A stretch of 64,000 bases of DNA. It comes from Planctomycetota bacterium (GTDB taxonomy: Bacteria; Planctomycetota; UBA8108; SXIK01). Position 1 is the stretch's first letter. Every line of letters begins with the position of its first letter. Both the position numbers and the translations under genes were made by a program. Where the stretch lies: NCBI GenBank assembly GCA_965223265.1, contig OZ244999.1, positions 7,936,001 to 8,000,000 of the forward strand. The letters run 5' to 3'. Shown one piece after another: positions 59,120-64,000 of the stretch. The notes beneath the pieces are model-generated. The model was not told the origin of the DNA. It saw only the letters and a program-made list of their open reading frames with translations, and did no database searches.

Positions 59120-60998
59120 CGGGGCCATCGAGACGATCCGCTCCGGCCTGGCGAACGGCGTTCCCGTGCGCTGTCGTCTTCCTGAAAAGGGCGTGCTCGT
59201 CATCGATCGACCGCTTCCTTTCCTCGTCGTGCACCGAGTGCCACCGGCGAATGACGATCGAGGAACGGATCGGCTGATTCGATCGGAGGCGTCGTACCTC
59301 GTTGCCCCCGGAGACCGCTCGCACCATCGGTGGGTGTCTCGCCTCGTCCGAGAGGTCGTGCGAGAGCTCGCATCACAATTCGACGGGTGTCTCCTCGTCG
59401 AGCTGTGGTCAGATCCGACGGGCGATGCGTCTTCCAACGCATCGAAAGATCTCCCCCTGGAATTCCAGATCAAGGTCGCCTCCTCCCTCGCCCGGAATCG
59501 CGAAACGTGGTCGGTGCTCGAGCAAGCGTTCGGCAAAATTCGCGTCCTGCAGAGGCGAGCGATCGTGACGACCTCGGCAACCGCTCGCATCACTTCTGGG
59601 AAGTGCGCACCGCTCCTCACTGCGCGCCAGGCGGCGGATCTCTCGTGTACGGTCGCGGGAGTGGTCGTGCCGCCCGTCTACCGCGCGCCGGGCACCGATG
59701 AAGTCTACCCCCTCGTCCTGCGGACGCTTCGTCGCCAGCTTTCGCGCGCTCTGAAGCGCGGCTTTCATCAGTTCTGCCACGAGTCGACGCGCACGGCACC
59801 CGCGAGCTTCCTCGCTCTGGGTCGCCGTGGATTTCTGCGCGCTGTCGTCGACGTCGACGAACAAGTCGCGAAAGTGAGCGACTCTTTCGATTTCCTCCTC
59901 AGCGTCACCCCGGTCGATGTGAACGCGGTGTGGCGCAAGTTCGATCGAGAGCATTTCGAGGTCGAGCCGAAGTTTACCTATCGCCCGCTCTCGCAAGATC
60001 CGGTGCGCCTCAAGCGAAAGCTGTTCGAGATTCCGACCGAACGGATAGAAGACCCTGTTCTCGAGGGGATCTACCGAGAGAAACAACTCGAGCTTGACCG
60101 AAAGCTGACAATGCTCCTTGAGAGGTCGACGTCGAAGTTCCTCTACAGCAGCATTCAACTCTTCGAGGCGCCGAGCCCGGAGCTGGTCCTGCTGGCGCAG
60201 GAGATCCTGCGGTCGATTCCTCCCAAGAGCCGCGATGAGAACAAACGAGAATCCCTCGAAGCCGAGCCCTTTGCTGCTGCGGCGCGAAAGGAGATCGATC
60301 AATACCGGAGCCGAGTGCCCGAAATGAGCTCGAAGGTCGAGGTCCGCCCCGACCTCGCCTCGACGATCATGGTCTCGAAAGGAAACCTGCTCATCGGCGG
60401 AAGCGCGCGAGTGCCGGTTTCGCGGGTCGCGGCCCTGCTCCAACACGAAGTTGGCACCCACGTTGTGACCTACATCAACGGAAAGGCCCAACCGCTCCGT
60501 ATGTTCTACGGAGGTTTCGTCGGATACGACGAGCTCCAGGAAGGGCTCGCCGTTCTCGCCGAGTACCTCGTCGGTGGAATGAGTCGGCCGCGACTCAGAA
60601 CGCTCGCCGCTCGCGTCGTTGCTGGACACTACCTGGTCGATGGTGCCTCGTTTGTTGAGGCGTTTCGAGCGTTGAACCACGAACACCGCATCCCGCAGCG
60701 ACAATCGTTCGACATCGCGGTACGAATGTACCGCGGCGGGGGCTTCCTCAAGGACATCGTCTACTTGCGCGGATTTCAGAGCGTGCTCGAGTACATTACG
60801 AGCGGCGGGGACCTCGAACCTTTGTTCGTCGGCAAGATCGCACTGCGCCACCTGCCGGTAGTTCGAGAGCTGCAGCTCCGAGGAGTCTTGCGAGAGACGC
60901 CGCTTCGACCCAGTTTTTTGGATCTTCCACAGGCCGATAAGAGACTCGGGCGCCTCCGCTCGAGCGGCTCGGTGCTCGACCTTATCCAGACGATTTGA
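59076..60998 (+). CDS. DUF1704 / QEGLA-motif metallopeptidase (MATCAP-like)
   Basis: HEVGTH (HExxxH), QEGLA and GGFLKD..YLRG. The start is placed at TTG 59076; the ORF-track start overlaps the upstream gene. Confidence 0.88.
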   Translation: MTHRERQGLPTTTVDGAIETIRSGLANGVPVRCRLPEKGVLVIDRPLPFLVVHRVPPANDDRGTDRLIRSEASYLVAPGDRSHHRWVSRLVREVVRELASQFDGCLLVELWSDPTGDASSNASKDLPLEFQIKVASSLARNRETWSVLEQAFGKIRVLQRRAIVTTSATARITSGKCAPLLTARQAADLSCTVAGVVVPPVYRAPGTDEVYPLVLRTLRRQLSRALKRGFHQFCHESTRTAPASFLALGRRGFLRAVVDVDEQVAKVSDSFDFLLSVTPVDVNAVWRKFDREHFEVEPKFTYRPLSQDPVRLKRKLFEIPTERIEDPVLEGIYREKQLELDRKLTMLLERSTSKFLYSSIQLFEAPSPELVLLAQEILRSIPPKSRDENKRESLEAEPFAAAARKEIDQYRSRVPEMSSKVEVRPDLASTIMVSKGNLLIGGSARVPVSRVAALLQHEVGTHVVTYINGKAQPLRMFYGGFVGYDELQEGLAVLAEYLVGGMSRPRLRTLAARVVAGHYLVDGASFVEAFRALNHEHRIPQRQSFDIAVRMYRGGGFLKDIVYLRGFQSVLEYITSGGDLEPLFVGKIALRHLPVVRELQLRGVLRETPLRPSFLDLPQADKRLGRLRSSGSVLDLIQTI

Positions 60999-61050
60999 CG
61001 ACGATGATAGCCACGACGAAGCCACCGACAGAGACGAAAGTGAGAGAACT

Positions 61051-62094
61051 TTGCGCATAGGATTCTTCATCAACGACATCTCTACGGAGCAGACGACCTA
61101 CACGACGACACGGTTGGCCTTGGCAGCCACGAATCGGGGCCACGAGGTCTGGTATATCGGCGCGAGCGACTTTGCCTACGACCCCGATGATTTCCTTAAG
61201 GCTCGCGCTCGGTCCGTACCGCGAAGCAAGTACGCGACGACTGACGTGTATCTCAAGGATCTTCGAGGTCCGAAGGGAGTAGAGGAGCGCATCACGGTGG
61301 ACGATCTGGACGTCCTGCTCCTCCGCAACGACCCGTCCACCGATGCCGTGAGTCGCCCCTGGGCACAAAACGTTGGAATTATCTTCGGCCAGTTCGCCAT
61401 GCGCCGCGGCGTCATCGTACTGAACCATCCCGCGACGCTCGCTCTCGCTATGAACAAGATGTATTTCCAGCTTTTCCCCGAGGAGGTACGACCCACGACG
61501 CTAGTGACGAAGGATCGTCGGGAGATTACCGCGTTCGCCAAGGAGTACGGCAAGGTCGTCCTGAAGCCGCTTCAGGGGTCCGGTGGAGCGAACGTGTTCC
61601 TCGTTCGGCCCGAGGATATCCCGAACCTGAATCAGATGATCGACTCGGTCTCGCGCGACGGATACGTCATCGCTCAGGAGTACCTCGCGGCGGCCGAGCA
61701 CGGCGACACGAGGCTTTTCATGATGAACGGTCGGCCCCTCCGCTACCGGGGACGCTACGCGGCCTTTCGGCGATTGCGTTCCGAAGGAGACATGCGCTCG
61801 AACATCCACGCCGGGGGGACCAAGGCGAAGGCAGAGATCGACGACACCGTATTGAACATCGCGGAGATCGTTCGGCCGAAGCTCGTCGCCGACGGGATGT
61901 TTCTCGTTGGGCTCGACATCGTGGGGGAAAAGCTGATGGAGATCAATGTGTTCAGCCCGGGGGGGCTCGGGAGCGCGCAGAAGTTCGAGAATGTCAAGTT
62001 CACCGGAGCAGTGATCGATTCGCTCGAGCGCAAGGTCCAGTACGCGCGGTTCTACAAGCGACAATTCAACAACGACGAGATGGCGACACTTTGA
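61051..62094 (+). CDS. Glutathione synthetase-like (GshB/RimK-related) ATP-grasp ligase
   Basis: LLRNDP, VLKPLQGSGG, QEYL, GDTR, RSNIHAGG, GLDIVG and EINVFSPGG. Confidence 0.9.
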   Translation: MRIGFFINDISTEQTTYTTTRLALAATNRGHEVWYIGASDFAYDPDDFLKARARSVPRSKYATTDVYLKDLRGPKGVEERITVDDLDVLLLRNDPSTDAVSRPWAQNVGIIFGQFAMRRGVIVLNHPATLALAMNKMYFQLFPEEVRPTTLVTKDRREITAFAKEYGKVVLKPLQGSGGANVFLVRPEDIPNLNQMIDSVSRDGYVIAQEYLAAAEHGDTRLFMMNGRPLRYRGRYAAFRRLRSEGDMRSNIHAGGTKAKAEIDDTVLNIAEIVRPKLVADGMFLVGLDIVGEKLMEINVFSPGGLGSAQKFENVKFTGAVIDSLERKVQYARFYKRQFNNDEMATL

Positions 62095-62341
62095 TCGGCA
62101 CTGTTGGTCCAGCTGCCGACCAAAGCGCGAAGACACCGCACGCGCGTATGGGATTTCGAACGTGTTGCGGCCAAGGATCCGAGCAGTCATCGAGGTCCCG
62201 AAAGTGCCGAAGGGGCTGCTTCGTACACCCTCGAGGCCGACCGTTTTTCTGTCGGGGGAAATCACAGCTTGATGATGGGTTCCATCCGAAATAGACCATG
62301 TACTTCCGCATGCAGTGGAATTCACGGTCAGGAGCCCTCTG

Positions 62342-63781
62342 ATGCTGATTCGCGCCTACTTGGCTGCCCGTAGAGCAGAAGACCGCAAGCGATTGCGTGC
62401 ATTGCTACGTGCCGAATCGGATGTAAGTCTGCAGTCGATGAGATCGAAGTCGCCCGTCTGGGAGAGGCTGATCGCGCAAAGGGTCGACCTATTGGTCGTC
62501 GACCTGCGCCTCGTTCCAGAGCCGGTCGAGAACAGCCTCGCGACTTTGGCGGATCTACCGGACGCACCGGGCGTCGTCGTGTTGTCGTCGAACGAGGAGT
62601 CGGAGCTTCACGCTCGTCTCCTCGCGGCCGGCTGCCTTGCCGTGCTGGATACTTCGCTCGAGGATACGCTCCTGAAGGACGCCCTCACGACCTTGATCGA
62701 ACGTCTTCGCGGCGAAGCGAACGCCGCGCTCACCCCGCCGCAACTCGACGAGCAGCCGCGACTGAGTGATTTCGTCTCGGAGAGCCCGGCGATGGTGGCG
62801 TTTCTGCAGGTGGTCCGTCGTGTGGTGGCCGCCGATGCCACACTTCTACTCATCGGAGAAACCGGTGTGGGAAAGGAGCGCCTCGCTCAGGCGATGCATG
62901 CCGAAAGTCCGAGATCCGCCGGCCCGTTCGTCGCTGTGAATTGCGGGGCCATTCCCGAGGCGCTTCTCGAGAGCGAGCTTTTCGGGCACGAGGAGGGCGC
63001 GTTCACTGGGGCGACACGCACCCGCCGCGGTTGGTTCGAGCTGGCGCATCGTGGAACGGTGTTCCTCGATGAGATTGGCGAGATGCCGCTCCATTTGCAA
63101 GTGAAGCTCCTCCGAGTCCTTCAGACGCGGGAAGTTGTGCCAGTGGGGTCGGAGAAGTCCATCAAGGTCGATGTCCGGGTCATGGCAGCGACGAACCAAG
63201 ACCTCGAACGCGGAGTGAAGGAAAAGAACTTTCGCGCCGACCTTTTCTACCGCCTGAGCGTCGTGACGCTTGAGATTCCCGCCCTTCGCGATCGAAAAGA
63301 CGACATCCGCACGCTCGCACAGAGGTATGTCGAGTACTTTCAGTCGCGCTTCGCGACGGGTGTCCAGGGGCTCTCCGATGAGGCGATGTGCGACCTCGAG
63401 GAATACGACTGGCCCGGAAATGTGAGAGAACTCGTCAATGTCATCGAGCGTGCGATGCTTCTTTGTCCCGGGACGCGCATCACTCCCGAGTATCTTCCTG
63501 ACGGCATTCGGTCGAGGAAGACGGCGATCGGGAATCAAGAACTGGTCGCTGCGAGCGTCGTCGTCCCGCTGCCGAAGAATTGGAAGAAGCGTCCGTACCG
63601 AGAGGTTCGGAAAGAGGTCATGCGCTCACTCGAGCGAGTTTACTTCTCGGCGCTGCTCGAGGAGACGGCCGGGTGTATCGGGAAGACTGCCGAGCGCGCC
63701 GGTATGAATCCTCGAAACCTTTTTGAAAAGCTGAAGAACTGCGGGCTTCGGAAAGAAGAGTTTCGAACCTCAACACGCTGA
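62342..63781 (+). CDS. Sigma54-dependent enhancer-binding protein (NtrC family) with a receiver-like domain
   Basis: GETGVGKE, GAFTGA, FLDEIGE, WPGNVREL and a C-terminal HTH. Confidence 0.95.
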   Translation: MLIRAYLAARRAEDRKRLRALLRAESDVSLQSMRSKSPVWERLIAQRVDLLVVDLRLVPEPVENSLATLADLPDAPGVVVLSSNEESELHARLLAAGCLAVLDTSLEDTLLKDALTTLIERLRGEANAALTPPQLDEQPRLSDFVSESPAMVAFLQVVRRVVAADATLLLIGETGVGKERLAQAMHAESPRSAGPFVAVNCGAIPEALLESELFGHEEGAFTGATRTRRGWFELAHRGTVFLDEIGEMPLHLQVKLLRVLQTREVVPVGSEKSIKVDVRVMAATNQDLERGVKEKNFRADLFYRLSVVTLEIPALRDRKDDIRTLAQRYVEYFQSRFATGVQGLSDEAMCDLEEYDWPGNVRELVNVIERAMLLCPGTRITPEYLPDGIRSRKTAIGNQELVAASVVVPLPKNWKKRPYREVRKEVMRSLERVYFSALLEETAGCIGKTAERAGMNPRNLFEKLKNCGLRKEEFRTSTR

Positions 63782-64000
63782 CGGCGCTGTTCCGGGACGA
63801 CTCGGATCTCGGAGCTCCGAAGCTCGAGTCTGTCGGTGTCCGCCATCTTGACGCGACGTCTCACATGGCGAACTGCGACGTGAGCGTGCCGCCGGCCGAA
63901 CATGGTTGCGTGCAGCGCCCAAGGACGACAGAATCCTTTCAGTAGTGTGTTGACGCCGTCTGAAGCCCCGTCAGGAGCCTCACGTGAACACGAAAGCAAG

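Noticed and set aside
63978-63993. parS-like CTCACGTGAACA
   Set aside because: Only the core and part of one arm match TGTTTCACGTGAAACA.

Overview
GC-rich (roughly 60-65% by eye) bacterial chromosome segment, most likely from a Planctomycetota-like organism (inferred from a planctomycete-type dockerin-like motif and gene content, not verified). It contains the probable replication-origin region: a divergent dnaA, an AT-rich tract, then dnaN, dciA/DUF721, gyrB, gyrA and an XPB helicase pair. The left 7.1 kb is one uninterrupted minus-strand ORF that the ORF track misses because it runs off the edge; it encodes a secreted dockerin-like/Ig/DUF6531/RHS protein. Other contents: a probable pseudokinase, lspA, two tRNAs, a minor-pilin trio, an oligopeptide ABC operon, glgC, an ArnT-like glycosyltransferase and a giant GlmS-like protein. 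There is also an HtrA triad with one intact and two catalytically degenerate members, and an N-formylglutamate amidohydrolase / DUF1704 (MATCAP-like) / GshB-like ATP-grasp cluster beside a sigma54 activator. Non-coding signals read directly from the sequence are two MITE-like elements with target duplications, a 6S-like RNA candidate, a structured RNA candidate upstream of glgC and two sigma54 promoter motifs. All family calls come from motif recognition by eye; no searches or folding programs were run.
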